From positions 2,775 to 66,774 of the forward strand of contig CAYWVO010000010.1 in NCBI GenBank assembly GCA_964461835.1: a stretch of 64,000 nt of DNA, written 5' to 3'. Numbering within the stretch: position 1 is the stretch's first letter; every line of letters begins with the position of its first letter. The stretch is from an uncultured Ignavibacteria bacterium. GTDB taxonomy: Bacteria > Zixibacteria > MSB-5A5 > WJJR01 > JAJRUJ01. The notes beneath the pieces were generated by a model. It was not told the origin of the DNA and ran no database searches. It was given only the letters and a program-made list of their open reading frames with translations. Positions 9,354-19,194 of the stretch are shown here, piece by piece. The position numbers were made by a program, and so were the translations under genes.

Positions 9354-9731
9354 TCACTCTTCGGCAATAACGAAGGCCAGTGCATAGTCACCCTCGTAAC
9401 TCAGGCTGATCAGCCAGCGATTGATTCCCATTGATTGCGCGCACACTGCGGCCTGCCCGGTCAAAGATACGTCGGGACGGTTATCACTATCGCTGGTTAT
9501 CTCGATGTCGATGAACCGGATCCCCTGCGTCCACCCGGTACCTAAGGCTTTCATCACCGCCTCTTTGCCGGCAAATCGACCGGCTAAGGCCCGGGCAGGA
9601 TCGGGTCGGGAGAGCGAGACTTCCAGTTCATCGGAGGTGAAAATCTTCCTGGCGCACCGCTCCGGAAAGCGGGAATATATTCGCTGAATCCGTGCGACGT
9701 GGACCAGGTCCGTCCCCAGCGCGATACTCAT
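9354..9731 (-). CDS. acpS: Holo-[acyl-carrier-protein] synthase
   Basis: 125 aa. LGTDLVHVARI...FTSDELE...GRFAGKEAVMKALGTG is the typical AcpS 4'-phosphopantetheinyl transferase pattern. Its ATG overlaps the upstream stop (ATGA at 9729..9733). Confidence 0.9.
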   Translation of the reverse strand: MSIALGTDLVHVARIQRIYSRFPERCARKIFTSDELEVSLSRPDPARALAGRFAGKEAVMKALGTGWTQGIRFIDIEITSDSDNRPDVSLTGQAAVCAQSMGINRWLISLSYEGDYALAFVIAEE

Positions 9732-10693
9732 CAGCTTTCAGTGGTATCTGGTTTGGCAACCAAGTCGTCGAAAAGCGCGGTGATTCGGTCGTAGGTCGTC
9801 CTGAATGTTATCCCCACGGGTCGTTCCTGGTCCTTTGGTTTGACGAATATCCGCGACGGGGCCGTGGTATCGTCGGCGAAGATCAACTCCTGTTTGTTGC
9901 CACCGGTGTCGACCACGGTCATCGAGAGGATAAGTTCATCAAACTGTGCCTCCTGTTCTTGTTGCGACGGCAGGAATCCGCTGTACCCAAAATTCGCGAC
10001 AGCGGCAAATTTATCGGCAGCGGTGGCCGAATCCGCGGGAGTCCAGTCAAATTCCGGATTGCGGGCAACGCGATACGTGGCACTGTCTGCTCGCGCCAAG
10101 TGCACCTCGCTGGTAGGGTATTCCCAGTGTAGTGCCGCGATCTCCGCCGGAGTCATAGTCACCGCGCGACGATCCATCCAGCTTGAGGGGGGTTTGGTGT
10201 AAATTCCCGTAAACTTGCCTTTAGCCAAGAACACCGAATCGGAACCGACTCGACGGACATAGGTGTGGGTCATATCCTGCCCAATCCGTCCCAGAACAAA
10301 CCGGCTGAGGGGCTGACCACTATCGAAAAACTTAATGACGGTTCCCGAAATTGTATCGGTCTTGAATCGGGCCTGATTGGCGGGATTTATCGAGATCAGA
10401 TCGGTGAGCACCATCTCATTGGTCGTCCGGATTACCTGGGCGATATCCGTCTGCGAGGCCGGATACACCAGTTCGCTGTCAACCACCATTTGCCATTGAC
10501 CGTTAGCGTCGAGAAACAAATGGTTCCATGTACCATACTTGATCGCCATGCTGTCAATCAGAGTAGAGTCGACCCAGAAGAAGTCACGGATGTTTTCCGT
10601 GGAGAGCCGTTTTTCCTCGGTGGACCGGATGATCAAAACGGCAACCAACGCAACCACGAAAATAACGGCAAGAATGAGAATATTCCGTTTCAC
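9731..10693 (-). CDS. DUF4340-like protein (usual partner of GldG-type ABC systems)
   Basis: 320 aa with a single N-terminal TM (ILILAVIFVVALVAVLII). It sits immediately downstream of the GldG-like gene, the usual position for this family. Assignment is by context and architecture. Confidence 0.55.
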   Translation of the reverse strand: MKRNILILAVIFVVALVAVLIIRSTEEKRLSTENIRDFFWVDSTLIDSMAIKYGTWNHLFLDANGQWQMVVDSELVYPASQTDIAQVIRTTNEMVLTDLISINPANQARFKTDTISGTVIKFFDSGQPLSRFVLGRIGQDMTHTYVRRVGSDSVFLAKGKFTGIYTKPPSSWMDRRAVTMTPAEIAALHWEYPTSEVHLARADSATYRVARNPEFDWTPADSATAADKFAAVANFGYSGFLPSQQEQEAQFDELILSMTVVDTGGNKQELIFADDTTAPSRIFVKPKDQERPVGITFRTTYDRITALFDDLVAKPDTTES

Positions 10694-10709
10694 CGACTCC
10701 TCTCCCGAC

Positions 10710-12308
10710 CTACAATTTTATGCGACCGGCGGCAATGGCCGAGCGCCGGGCCTTCCGTGCCCGCCAGCGAATAAGACCAAAAATGACCACCAGCAGTGGT
10801 GGGCCCAGGATATTGGCATACTTGATGCGAAGCCGGGCGCCTTCCGAGAGAGTAGGGTCCAGCGGCCGGGAGGCATCCTCCCGCGAGCGAATCTCAATCA
10901 ACCCTTCATCTTGCGCCAGCCAGTCTATGGCGTTGAGGAAAAATGCAAGATTTCCCGGCATGCGCGCAGCTCGGTCACGCATAAAATCCCCATCCCCGAC
11001 GGCAATCATCCGCGTCACCGGACTGCGATTCTGATGCACTGGCATATCGGTCACGCCACTGTCCAGAATCCGCCGACCATTGAAGTAACTCCGAAAGATG
11101 CCAATCGCCGTCGCCGCTAACGGAATATGCGACTCGGAGAAATCGGCCAGTTTCATTTCCTGTTGCGGACTGATGCGATAGGGCGCTTTGCGCCGTCCGG
11201 ATTTATCGGACGAAAAGACAATCGGCTCCACCACGACACCCAGGTCACCGGCAACCGTGGTATCCAGGGAACTGATGAATGGGAAGCTGACACTGTTTAA
11301 TCCCTGGGCGATCAGGTTGTCTTCAGCAAAGGTGACCGCCTTCGGGAAAAACGGGTAATCAACGGCGCTCTGGAAAGTGAAACTGCCCTGTTGCTGACGG
11401 ACTGCGACCCGCTCATTCTGGGCGTCAATAACCAGGTCCTCATTGATTTTGAGTCCGTAGGAGGCCATCAACGTATCCAGGTTGGTCGTGAGATTGCTGG
11501 CCACCTGCGTCGTGGGGTCTACCTGGACCTTATTTATAAACCAGCCGACTTTTCCACCCCGCATGACAAACTGGTCGATGGCATAGAGTTCAAATGGTTT
11601 CACGCCACCGGTGGGACCGACAACCAATAAGGTCTGGATATCGTCCGGAATGAAATCGCCATGGTCGAGAATCACATCCCGGACCTGATACTGCCGTTGC
11701 AAAAGCTGGCCCGCAGTGGATAACTCACTTTGGATACTCGGTTCCCCATGTCCGCCCAGAATACCAACGGTGATCAGGGAGTCGGTGGTGATGCGTTTTA
11801 TGGCGGAGGTCAGTTCGTATTCGAGGTTTTCGGTCGATTGCACCACCGGCAAGACTTCCCGCTTATCCGCATAGAGGATGGCAATGCCCATATAGACGCG
11901 CTTGAGTTCTATCTTGTCTTTCTCGATTGCGTTGACTTGAACTGCGGGAATATTCAATCCACGGGCTTCGTCTTCCTTACCCTCCTTGACCGGATCAATA
12001 ATTTCAAACTTCATCTTGCCGCCCGCATGGGCCTTATAGTCATATAATTGATCCTTGAGGTACCGGGCGTTGGCGTTGTAGGGAGCCGGCAAGTCCTCGG
12101 TAAAATAGAGCTTGATCAACAGAACATCATCCAAGTCACGCATCACCTGCTTAGTGAAGTCCGACAGGGAGTACAAGCGGCCTTCGGTTAAATCCCAGCG
12201 AGCATAAACCGCCATACCGAGCAGATTGATCACAATCAGGACCGCGATGACCAGCACGACGGTAGTCGCCGAACTCGCTCCAAACTGTATTTTCTTCTTG
12301 GTTGCCAT
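10710..12308 (-). CDS. GldG-like auxiliary component of an ABC-2 transport system
   Basis: 532 aa. N-terminal TM then WDLTEGRLYSLSDFTKQVMRDLDDVLLIKLYF. C-terminal TM plus a basic tail (LLVVIFGLIRWRARKARR). This is the architecture of the ABC-type uncharacterized transport system (GldG) family. Confidence 0.75.
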   Translation of the reverse strand: MATKKKIQFGASSATTVVLVIAVLIVINLLGMAVYARWDLTEGRLYSLSDFTKQVMRDLDDVLLIKLYFTEDLPAPYNANARYLKDQLYDYKAHAGGKMKFEIIDPVKEGKEDEARGLNIPAVQVNAIEKDKIELKRVYMGIAILYADKREVLPVVQSTENLEYELTSAIKRITTDSLITVGILGGHGEPSIQSELSTAGQLLQRQYQVRDVILDHGDFIPDDIQTLLVVGPTGGVKPFELYAIDQFVMRGGKVGWFINKVQVDPTTQVASNLTTNLDTLMASYGLKINEDLVIDAQNERVAVRQQQGSFTFQSAVDYPFFPKAVTFAEDNLIAQGLNSVSFPFISSLDTTVAGDLGVVVEPIVFSSDKSGRRKAPYRISPQQEMKLADFSESHIPLAATAIGIFRSYFNGRRILDSGVTDMPVHQNRSPVTRMIAVGDGDFMRDRAARMPGNLAFFLNAIDWLAQDEGLIEIRSREDASRPLDPTLSEGARLRIKYANILGPPLLVVIFGLIRWRARKARRSAIAAGRIKL

Positions 12309-12321
12309 GACGCGTGTTCGC

Positions 12322-13038
12322 TCAGCTCCATTTCCGGCTTTCCATGGCGCGTACCGCCAGGAAAAGGAACAAAAAGATCATACTGATATAGTAGAGGAGA
12401 TCTTTAGAATCAATCACGCCCCGGGCCATATTGCGAAAATGGTAATCGACGCTGATAAACTCCAGCACCGACGCGACCGGAGCCGGGAAAAACGGGGTAA
12501 AACTCGCACTGAGATAAAACAGAGACATGATGACAATGGCGACCAAAAACGCGATGATCTGATTGGCGGTGATCGCCGAGGCAAACAAGCCAATCGCCAA
12601 ATAGGTGCATCCCAGAAGGAACAGGCCGAGATACTGGCCGGCAATGGCACCAGTATCCGGATTGCCCAACATGTTTATGCTGATAAAATAGGTAAAGGTC
12701 AGTAATATCGTAACGGCCAGCAAAACCGCCGAGGCAATATATTTTCCGAGAATGATTTCCCAATCAGTCACCGGCAGGGTGACGAGCAGTTCGATGGTCC
12801 CTGATTTCTTTTCCTCGGCCAGAAGCCGCATGGTAATAGCGGGAATAAAAATCAAAAAGACCACAGGCATCCACCCGGTCAACAGTCCCCGTAGCGAGGC
12901 CTGACCACTGATGAAAAAATCGAGGAAAAACAGCCAGCCGGAAATCACTAGGGCCAGCACAATGATAATATACGCAATCGCGGAATTGAAATAGGTCGCC
13001 AACTCGCGTCGCGCAAAAATGACTGTATTCGCCAACAT
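12322..13038 (-). CDS. ABC-2 type transporter permease (GldF-like)
   Basis: 238 aa with about 6 TM segments, located between the ATPase and the GldG-like gene. Confidence 0.8.
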   Translation of the reverse strand: MLANTVIFARRELATYFNSAIAYIIIVLALVISGWLFFLDFFISGQASLRGLLTGWMPVVFLIFIPAITMRLLAEEKKSGTIELLVTLPVTDWEIILGKYIASAVLLAVTILLTFTYFISINMLGNPDTGAIAGQYLGLFLLGCTYLAIGLFASAITANQIIAFLVAIVIMSLFYLSASFTPFFPAPVASVLEFISVDYHFRNMARGVIDSKDLLYYISMIFLFLFLAVRAMESRKWS

Positions 13039-13046
13039 CGGTATCC

Positions 13047-13991
13047 TCAGTCAGTTGCTGATGTAGTCAGATCGCGGAACACATCTTCCAGCGACTGCAC
13101 ATCCCGCCGCATTTCCAGAATTACCCAGCCGGCATCAACTACGGAACGGAAAACCTCTTCCCGCAGGTCCTGGTTTTTGTCGGTGGTGATTTCAATATGC
13201 GCAATCCCGTCAGCATCGACTTTCTTCTCGGTGACGGCGGTATTGGACAGCTCGTTCAGGCGGGTCGCAACTGCGTGCGGGTCGCCGTCCGCCTTGACTT
13301 GAACCATCAGCCGCTGCTGCCCGTGCATCCCGGCGCGGAGTGAATCCGGGGTACCGTCGGCGACCAGTTTGCCCCGGTTAATAATCAACACCCGGTTACA
13401 CACTGCTTCCACCTCGGAGAGGATATGGGTGCAGAGAATGAGCGTCTTCTCCGCGCCGAGGCGGCCGATCAGACTGCGAATCTCCACGACCTGGTTCGGA
13501 TCCAGACCAATGGTCGGCTCGTCCAGGATGAGAATTTCCGGATCGTGGATGATTGCCTGGGCCAGCCCGACCCGCTGCCGGTACCCCTTGGAAAGTTCCC
13601 CGATATCTTTGTGAATCACTTCACCCAGACCACACAACTCGATCATATCCATCAGACGCGGTCTTCGTGTTGCCACAGGCATTTTTCGCAAGGACTGAAT
13701 CAGCTCCAGGTAATCAAGGACGTTCATTTCCGGGTACAGGGGGGTGGTCTCCGGCAGGTAGCCAATTCGTTTGCGCACCTCCAGGGAATGATCGAAAACG
13801 TCGTACCCATCCACCTTTACCGAACCGGAGGTCGCAGACATAAAACAGGTGATAATTTTCACGGTCGTGGTCTTGCCCGCACCGTTTGGCCCGAGAAAAC
13901 CCAGGATTTCGCCTTTGGCGATATTGAAGGAGATGGAGTCGACCGCCGGTTGGTCGCCATATTTTTTGACCAGATTCGATACTTCAATCAT
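13047..13991 (-). CDS. ABC transporter ATP-binding protein (GldA-like)
   Basis: Walker A GPNGAGKTT, signature LSKGYRQRVGLA, Walker B ILILDEPTIGLD, H-loop CTHIL. Confidence 0.93.
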   Translation of the reverse strand: MIEVSNLVKKYGDQPAVDSISFNIAKGEILGFLGPNGAGKTTTVKIITCFMSATSGSVKVDGYDVFDHSLEVRKRIGYLPETTPLYPEMNVLDYLELIQSLRKMPVATRRPRLMDMIELCGLGEVIHKDIGELSKGYRQRVGLAQAIIHDPEILILDEPTIGLDPNQVVEIRSLIGRLGAEKTLILCTHILSEVEAVCNRVLIINRGKLVADGTPDSLRAGMHGQQRLMVQVKADGDPHAVATRLNELSNTAVTEKKVDADGIAHIEITTDKNQDLREEVFRSVVDAGWVILEMRRDVQSLEDVFRDLTTSATD

Positions 13992-14175
13992 AGCCGCTTA
14001 GGTATACACTCCCACCAACGTCGGTCCAAGTACAGCCAGTAAATTTATACGCTCACCTGTCATAACGCAAGGGTTTTTGCACGCGGCCGAACGCCGCCAG
14101 CCGCCAATCGGTTACACCGCCCCGCCATCGTGCTTCATACTCAGGGGAAAACGCAAAGTTCCCACGCGGGCCGGC

Positions 14176-14214
14176 AGAAAAATGGAAAAGCCGGCTGCCG
14201 GGCGGCAGTCGGCT
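14176..14214 (-). terminator. Rho-independent terminator downstream of the OmpA-family gene
   Basis: Minus-strand RNA reads AGCCGACUGCC-GCCC-GGCAGCCGGCU (11-bp stem with one A.C mismatch), followed by UUUCCAUUUUUCU. It lies 25 nt after the stop at 14239. Confidence 0.6.
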
Positions 14215-14238
14215 CTTCTCCAAACTAATCCGTTGTGG

Positions 14239-14865
14239 TTATTCCAAATCAAACCCCATAACCGATATTGTCGCGCGACGATTTCGGGCACGGCCGTCTT
14301 CAGTGTCGTTCGTCGCCTGAGGTTCCTGCTCACCCGCCGACGAAATGGCAATTCGTGACAGATCGACATTATGAGTGTTCGCGAAATAGGACCGGACAGC
14401 ATCCGCGCGCTGTTGCCCCAAGCGCAGGTTGTAGGCGTTGGAACCAACCGCATCGGTGTGCCCGGTGATTTCGATAATATAATCAGGATCCTGTTTGAGC
14501 CTTTCCGCCAGTCCGTCCAATTTCTCGCGGGCAAAATCCGTGAGTTCGGCGCTGTCAAAGCCAAAAAAGATTTCTTCGGTCATGACCGGTGCATAATCTT
14601 CCCGACAGCATTTCAGTGCCTTTTCCGCGGTGGTCATCGCTTCGGCAGTAGTCGTTTTGGCCTCGGTGAGTTGTTCCTGAAGGTGTTCGACCCGTTCTTC
14701 CAGGGAATCAACCTCGGTCTGTTTGGCCCACACCATTTCCTTCTCTTCCTCCGGTTTCTCTTCCGGACAACATGGTTCCTCGCGGAAGGCGCAGCCCGCT
14801 GACAGGATCAGTAGTAGGCTGATGCCTGCCAGTAATGCAAATCGCAAAACCCTGACTCCAGTCAT
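14239..14865 (-). CDS. OmpA-family lipoprotein (Pal/MotB-like C-terminal domain)
   Basis: Signal plus lipobox LLILSAGC. Glu/Lys-rich coiled segment. C-terminal ITGHTDAVGSNAYNLRLGQQRADAVRSYF...GRARNRR is an OmpA_C peptidoglycan-binding motif. Confidence 0.88.
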   Translation of the reverse strand: MTGVRVLRFALLAGISLLLILSAGCAFREEPCCPEEKPEEEKEMVWAKQTEVDSLEERVEHLQEQLTEAKTTTAEAMTTAEKALKCCREDYAPVMTEEIFFGFDSAELTDFAREKLDGLAERLKQDPDYIIEITGHTDAVGSNAYNLRLGQQRADAVRSYFANTHNVDLSRIAISSAGEQEPQATNDTEDGRARNRRATISVMGFDLE

Positions 14866-15094
14866 AAATCCTCCTCAACCATTACCAAAAGACTTCCTTA
14901 ACATCGATCGACGATCGTGGCTAAAAACTGAATCGTCCCCCCATCCGGTTTCGTTCATCCATCTAAAAAAGTCCTTAGACCTGTCCAGACTTGGCGACCA
15001 AGGTACCGGGGTGCAAAATGGCCGTCAAGAGAAAAATCGAGAAGTCACCGGCAAATCATACCGGCAGCCGGCAGCCCTCCGTGAATATGAATCG

Positions 15095-16789
15095 TCACAT
15101 CGTGCACGGTGCGAAACTCTGTCGGAAGACAAAATTTACCAAAACGAGCACATCGAGGGGATCAATGTCCCCATCGCAGTTGCAGTCGCCGAAACTATCA
15201 TGCGGTTCAATCCCCGTACCATAACGGTACACATAATTCACCAGCACGGTGACGTCCACCGGGGTGATCTCCTGGTCGTTATTCATGTCCCCCGGGGACA
15301 ACATTTCGGCGGCATACACGTAACTGGCGGCGGTCATATCAGACGAGAGGTGCGAAATGACCCCCAGCGCGTGATCCACATCGGGGAACAATGGAACATA
15401 GATCACCCCATCACCAGTTTCCTGGTCCACACTCGCGTGCTCAGTGGTCGCCCCAACACCGGCGGCATCAATCGGGGTTATGCTCATTGCCCACTGTTTA
15501 TAGTTCTGACCGTTAAAATCTACTTTCAGAATCGGGCCGGGGGTTCCGTCTTTGTCAAACCGCGTATAATTTGCCGCCCATCCCTGGGGACGAGTACTGC
15601 TGGTCTGGCTGCGTTCCACCGGGTAGACCGTCTCCGTGAAGTCAAGCATCAGCTGGGGATAACTGGCACCCTCTTCGTAATGAACACCATCGTCCCGGGT
15701 ATCGGTGAAATAATTCCAACTCGTGAAATCCGGGAATTGTTCGGCAAATGAGGTCCCGTAGGCCACCAGGCCAGAATCGATTGATTCGCTGGCGCCATAG
15801 TAACGTATGTACTCCCAGATCGCGGGAACGATCGCCGTACCGAACGACTGCCGGAGAAACGACCCAAAGATAAAGGTAGAGTACATATGGAAGGAGTTCT
15901 CTTTCAGTGAGGTATAAGGAGTGACAAAGAAATCGTCCAGGTAGTTATAATTGTCGTTGACCTCATCAAAGACTTCGTCCTCGACGTAGGTGGCACATAA
16001 CTCATAGAAATAGGTCTCATCGAATCGATCATAGGCATACTGGCACGCATGGTTGAATTCGTGCGCCACGGTCACTTTGGCCGCGCCGATCTCGTCGCCT
16101 TCAGGATCGTCATTGGGTGGGAAATTGATGAAATTCTTGTGTACGGAAATATAGGAGGTGTAGTCACTCCAGGGTTCCGGCCCGGCCAGCTCCGGCTTAC
16201 AGTAGCCATAATAACTCATGGCTTCGGTGTAGATGTCATAGCGATTATCTCCACCGGCGCCATCGTCTGTCGGGGGTTGCCGGAAGCCATGATTGAATAT
16301 TTCATGACGCCAACTGGAATCTGCGTAAAGGGCAATTCGTTCGATAAAATCGGGCACCCCGCTGCCGTCCAAATCTTCGGTGGGCACCCCGTGGAGACCG
16401 GATAGATCATAATGAATTTTGAAATAGCCCTCAGGCGAGTCGTAGGTGTACGCCCGCACCGGACGATCCAATTCCTGATAAATTGCCGCCTGAATTTGGG
16501 GGCTAAACCCCGGCGCCTGCTGCAGAGCCTCCTTGACAATCGGTGTGGCACAACGACCGACTATTGCCTCGTCAGGCCGGTATTGGGCCGGGATCAACTC
16601 TGGTGAACGAATGGTGTACAGTTTGTAGAGTGTTCCCAACTCCTGACTCAACGTACCGGAAGCCATCGCCCGATCGATCCGCTCCAGACCGGCCGAACCG
16701 GAGTAGGCAAACAGGGTACTTTGGGGTAGCAGCACCACACCAAGGACGATGCAACAGCGAATTGCGATTGGAAGTATGCGGGATGTCAT
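15095..16789 (-). CDS. Secreted HExxH zinc-metalloprotease-like protein with C-terminal dockerin
   Basis: Signal peptide MTSRILPIAIRCCIVLGVVLLPQSTLFA. Motif VTVAHEFNHACQY (HExxH). The last ~65 aa carry two dockerin repeats, GDMNNDQEITPVDVTVLVNYVY and GDCNCDGDIDPLDVLVLVNFVF (15095..15292). Confidence 0.75.
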   Translation of the reverse strand: MTSRILPIAIRCCIVLGVVLLPQSTLFAYSGSAGLERIDRAMASGTLSQELGTLYKLYTIRSPELIPAQYRPDEAIVGRCATPIVKEALQQAPGFSPQIQAAIYQELDRPVRAYTYDSPEGYFKIHYDLSGLHGVPTEDLDGSGVPDFIERIALYADSSWRHEIFNHGFRQPPTDDGAGGDNRYDIYTEAMSYYGYCKPELAGPEPWSDYTSYISVHKNFINFPPNDDPEGDEIGAAKVTVAHEFNHACQYAYDRFDETYFYELCATYVEDEVFDEVNDNYNYLDDFFVTPYTSLKENSFHMYSTFIFGSFLRQSFGTAIVPAIWEYIRYYGASESIDSGLVAYGTSFAEQFPDFTSWNYFTDTRDDGVHYEEGASYPQLMLDFTETVYPVERSQTSSTRPQGWAANYTRFDKDGTPGPILKVDFNGQNYKQWAMSITPIDAAGVGATTEHASVDQETGDGVIYVPLFPDVDHALGVISHLSSDMTAASYVYAAEMLSPGDMNNDQEITPVDVTVLVNYVYRYGTGIEPHDSFGDCNCDGDIDPLDVLVLVNFVFRQSFAPCTM

Positions 16790-16844
16790 CTGATCTCCGT
16801 CTGATCAGTATTTTGTTGCGCGCAAATACGTTATCACCATAAAC

Positions 16845-16872
16845 AAAATAACTGATTCGGCACATTTGTCAA
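16845..16872 (-). promoter_or_regulatory. Putative sigma70-type promoter of the metalloprotease-dockerin gene
   Basis: On the minus strand: TTGACA (16872..16867), 16-nt spacer, TATTTT (16850..16845). The 10-bp palindrome TTGCGCGCAA (16816..16825) lies between it and the ATG at 16789. Confidence 0.4.
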
Positions 16873-16997
16873 TGATCGACTCTGCTGGCAGGTAATCACA
16901 CATGCCTCCTCCCCTCCCTATATCGGCATACGGACACCATAACAAAGCCGTTAGAATCTATTGAACGGCAAAAAGATAATTGGAAACAGCCCACGTA

Positions 16998-17810
16998 TCA
17001 TCGCGCGTCGGGAGGAATGAACAGCCGTTCCGGCACCGTGGGATTGTATTTTTCTGCCAAAACTTCCCATTCATAGATGCCGGGACCGGAGAGGTTTTCC
17101 CAATCTGCGGACTCCAGCCGCCAGAAAGGATATGCCTGGGAAAAATCATCGTAGTCGACTCTGAATACCCAGCGATTCCCAGGAGTCTCATCTCTCCAGG
17201 TGACAGATTTTAACCGGGACCGCCACAAGTCCAGTTCCATCACCCGTCCCTGCTCATCACTAATGGTGAAGTGCTCAGGATCGTGTTTCGCCCGCGCCAA
17301 ATCGTTCGCCGATAATCGTTCGGGCAGCAGGGCACTCACGCCGCCGGCGAACAATCGGAGAAATCCCCCAAATGGACGGATGTCGAGCGTGAAGTCCTCG
17401 GGTTCCAAGTCGCGCAAATGTCCCCGGAGTGTCTCGCGCTCCCGGTGAAGCACCAGCACGTAGTTCGAATCGATTACCCACCCCGTGAAGACCGGGACAT
17501 CCATCGGGCCCTTGCCGACAACGTGGTAGGAGGCAGGCCTGCGATAGTCGATGCGAAGAATCAGATCGCTGTGCGGGTCGACTTCACGGACCCGCCACCG
17601 CAAGCGAAATGAAGCGGTCTTTGTGCTGTCCTGCCGTAGCAGGACCTTTTGCCGCAGGACGGCATAGCGTTGCGCCAATGCCGATTCTTTCAATGGTGGG
17701 CGACTCGAAGCACAGCCGATAAACACCATGAAGCCGAACATGAGACACCAGCATCCGGCCAAACGAGAGCAGTTAAAAAGGTTCGGCACGTTTGGTGGGT
17801 CTCCGGTCAC
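16998..17810 (-). CDS. Hypothetical lipoprotein
   Basis: GTG start, hydrophobic N-terminus ending in the lipobox FIGC-ASS, 270 aa. No domain recognised. Its size and lipoprotein nature are compatible with a LolB/DUF4292-like protein, but that is speculative. Confidence 0.55.
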   Translation of the reverse strand: MTGDPPNVPNLFNCSRLAGCWCLMFGFMVFIGCASSRPPLKESALAQRYAVLRQKVLLRQDSTKTASFRLRWRVREVDPHSDLILRIDYRRPASYHVVGKGPMDVPVFTGWVIDSNYVLVLHRERETLRGHLRDLEPEDFTLDIRPFGGFLRLFAGGVSALLPERLSANDLARAKHDPEHFTISDEQGRVMELDLWRSRLKSVTWRDETPGNRWVFRVDYDDFSQAYPFWRLESADWENLSGPGIYEWEVLAEKYNPTVPERLFIPPDAR

Positions 17811-17816
17811 ACGGAC

Positions 17817-18473
17817 TCAAAACGCAATTTGGATTCCGGCAAATAACCACGCTAATACCTTAACGAACGGACCGATAACCAGCCAGATCGGGGATACCGG
17901 GGTCAGAAAGCCAATCGCAATCAACCCGAACAGAAACATCGGGCCAATTTGCTGGAATTTCATCAGGGGCTCTTCCCAGGTGTGTGGCGCCAGACCGAGG
18001 ATGATTTTCGACCCGTCAAGCGGTGGAATAGGAATCAAATTGAAAAAGGCAAGCGCCAAGTTCATGACCAGACCCCAGAAAAGGATCACTGCCAGACCAC
18101 CGGCAAAACCGGATTCCGGTGCAACCGCTCCCAATCCGGTGAGTCGCAACAGAATGCCGCAACACAAGGCCAGGAGAATATTTGACGCGGGGCCCGCGGC
18201 TGCCGAAAGGAACATGCCGAATTTCGGATCACGGAAATTGAAAATGTTGACCGGCACCGGCCTGGCCCAGCCGAACATCCCAGTGATAAAGAGCACCAAC
18301 GTCCCCATGACATCCAGGTGTTTCAATGGATTCAGAGTCAGCCGCCCCGTCGCCGCGGCAGTAGGATCTCCAAGTTTGTACGCCGACCAGGCATGGGCAA
18401 ACTCATGGATGGTCAATGAAAAAAGTATCACCGGTACGAAGGGAATCAGAAATTGAGGATCAAGAAAGAGCAT
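17817..18473 (-). CDS. Site-2 protease family (peptidase M50) membrane metalloprotease
   Basis: 218 aa, multi-pass. HEFAHAW zinc motif inside the first TM region, followed by LGDPTA...GRLTLNPLKHLD. Confidence 0.85.
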   Translation of the reverse strand: MLFLDPQFLIPFVPVILFSLTIHEFAHAWSAYKLGDPTAAATGRLTLNPLKHLDVMGTLVLFITGMFGWARPVPVNIFNFRDPKFGMFLSAAAGPASNILLALCCGILLRLTGLGAVAPESGFAGGLAVILFWGLVMNLALAFFNLIPIPPLDGSKIILGLAPHTWEEPLMKFQQIGPMFLFGLIAIGFLTPVSPIWLVIGPFVKVLAWLFAGIQIAF

Positions 18474-18501
18474 CAGCCCGCTCCACTATGTTTGTTCTCA
18501 C

Positions 18502-19164
18502 CTAGCTCGTGCGCACCGCTTTCCCCCGCTGGCGTGCGGCCTTTGTTCCCATACGATAGGCAGACACCGAAGGATGGCCATGAATGCAAAACCGCCACGG
18601 TTTTTCCCAACCCTCGTTCACACCAACCCGGCCACCGACAGTGATACCGGGTCGTCGCTCCACCATCCGGTAGACTCCGATGCGAGTCCCATCCAGCGGT
18701 CGCCCGTTATCCCGCTTATCAATACCGAGGGCCTTAGTCACATTGCCGGGCCCGCGGCAGAGTTGATGTACCTTGTCAATTCTGCGACGGCCCACCATGA
18801 CTTCAAGTCCGTGCACCGGCTCCAACGCTCGAATCAACACGGCAGCCGGGAAGCCGACACGCTGGGTAACGAAGTTCAACATCCAGTGATTTCCATAGGT
18901 GAAGTACACGTAGGTATGACCGGCCGGTCCCCACATGACTTCGTTCCGGGGTGTGCGGCCGACGGCGGCATGACAGGCGGGATCGTTCCGCCCGACATAA
19001 GCCTCCGTCTCCACAATTTGCCCCGCAACCGGACCGTCCTCGTCCCGAACGATGATCAGTTGTCCCAGCAGCCCGCGGGCAACCGCGACTGTAGAACGAT
19101 TGTAATACGAGCGCGGCAGGAGACCATCGTGCAAACTGTCGAGTATGTAATTATTCATCGCCAT
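18502..19164 (-). CDS. mpg: DNA-3-methyladenine glycosylase (AAG/Mpg family)
   Basis: ARGLLGQLI...IVETEAYVGRNDPACHA...GHTYVYFTYGNHWMLNFV...VLIRALEP is the typical Mpg family pattern. Confidence 0.88.
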   Translation of the reverse strand: MAMNNYILDSLHDGLLPRSYYNRSTVAVARGLLGQLIIVRDEDGPVAGQIVETEAYVGRNDPACHAAVGRTPRNEVMWGPAGHTYVYFTYGNHWMLNFVTQRVGFPAAVLIRALEPVHGLEVMVGRRRIDKVHQLCRGPGNVTKALGIDKRDNGRPLDGTRIGVYRMVERRPGITVGGRVGVNEGWEKPWRFCIHGHPSVSAYRMGTKAARQRGKAVRTS

Positions 19165-19194
19165 TACGTCATTCCCAGCCTGGAGATACGGCGG

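Noticed and set aside
14723-15751. 342-aa plus-strand ORF
   Set aside because: It is antisense to the OmpA-family gene and to the HExxH/dockerin gene, both of which have clear motifs. The translation is Arg/Gly/His-rich with no recognisable domain, as expected for a shadow ORF in GC-rich DNA.
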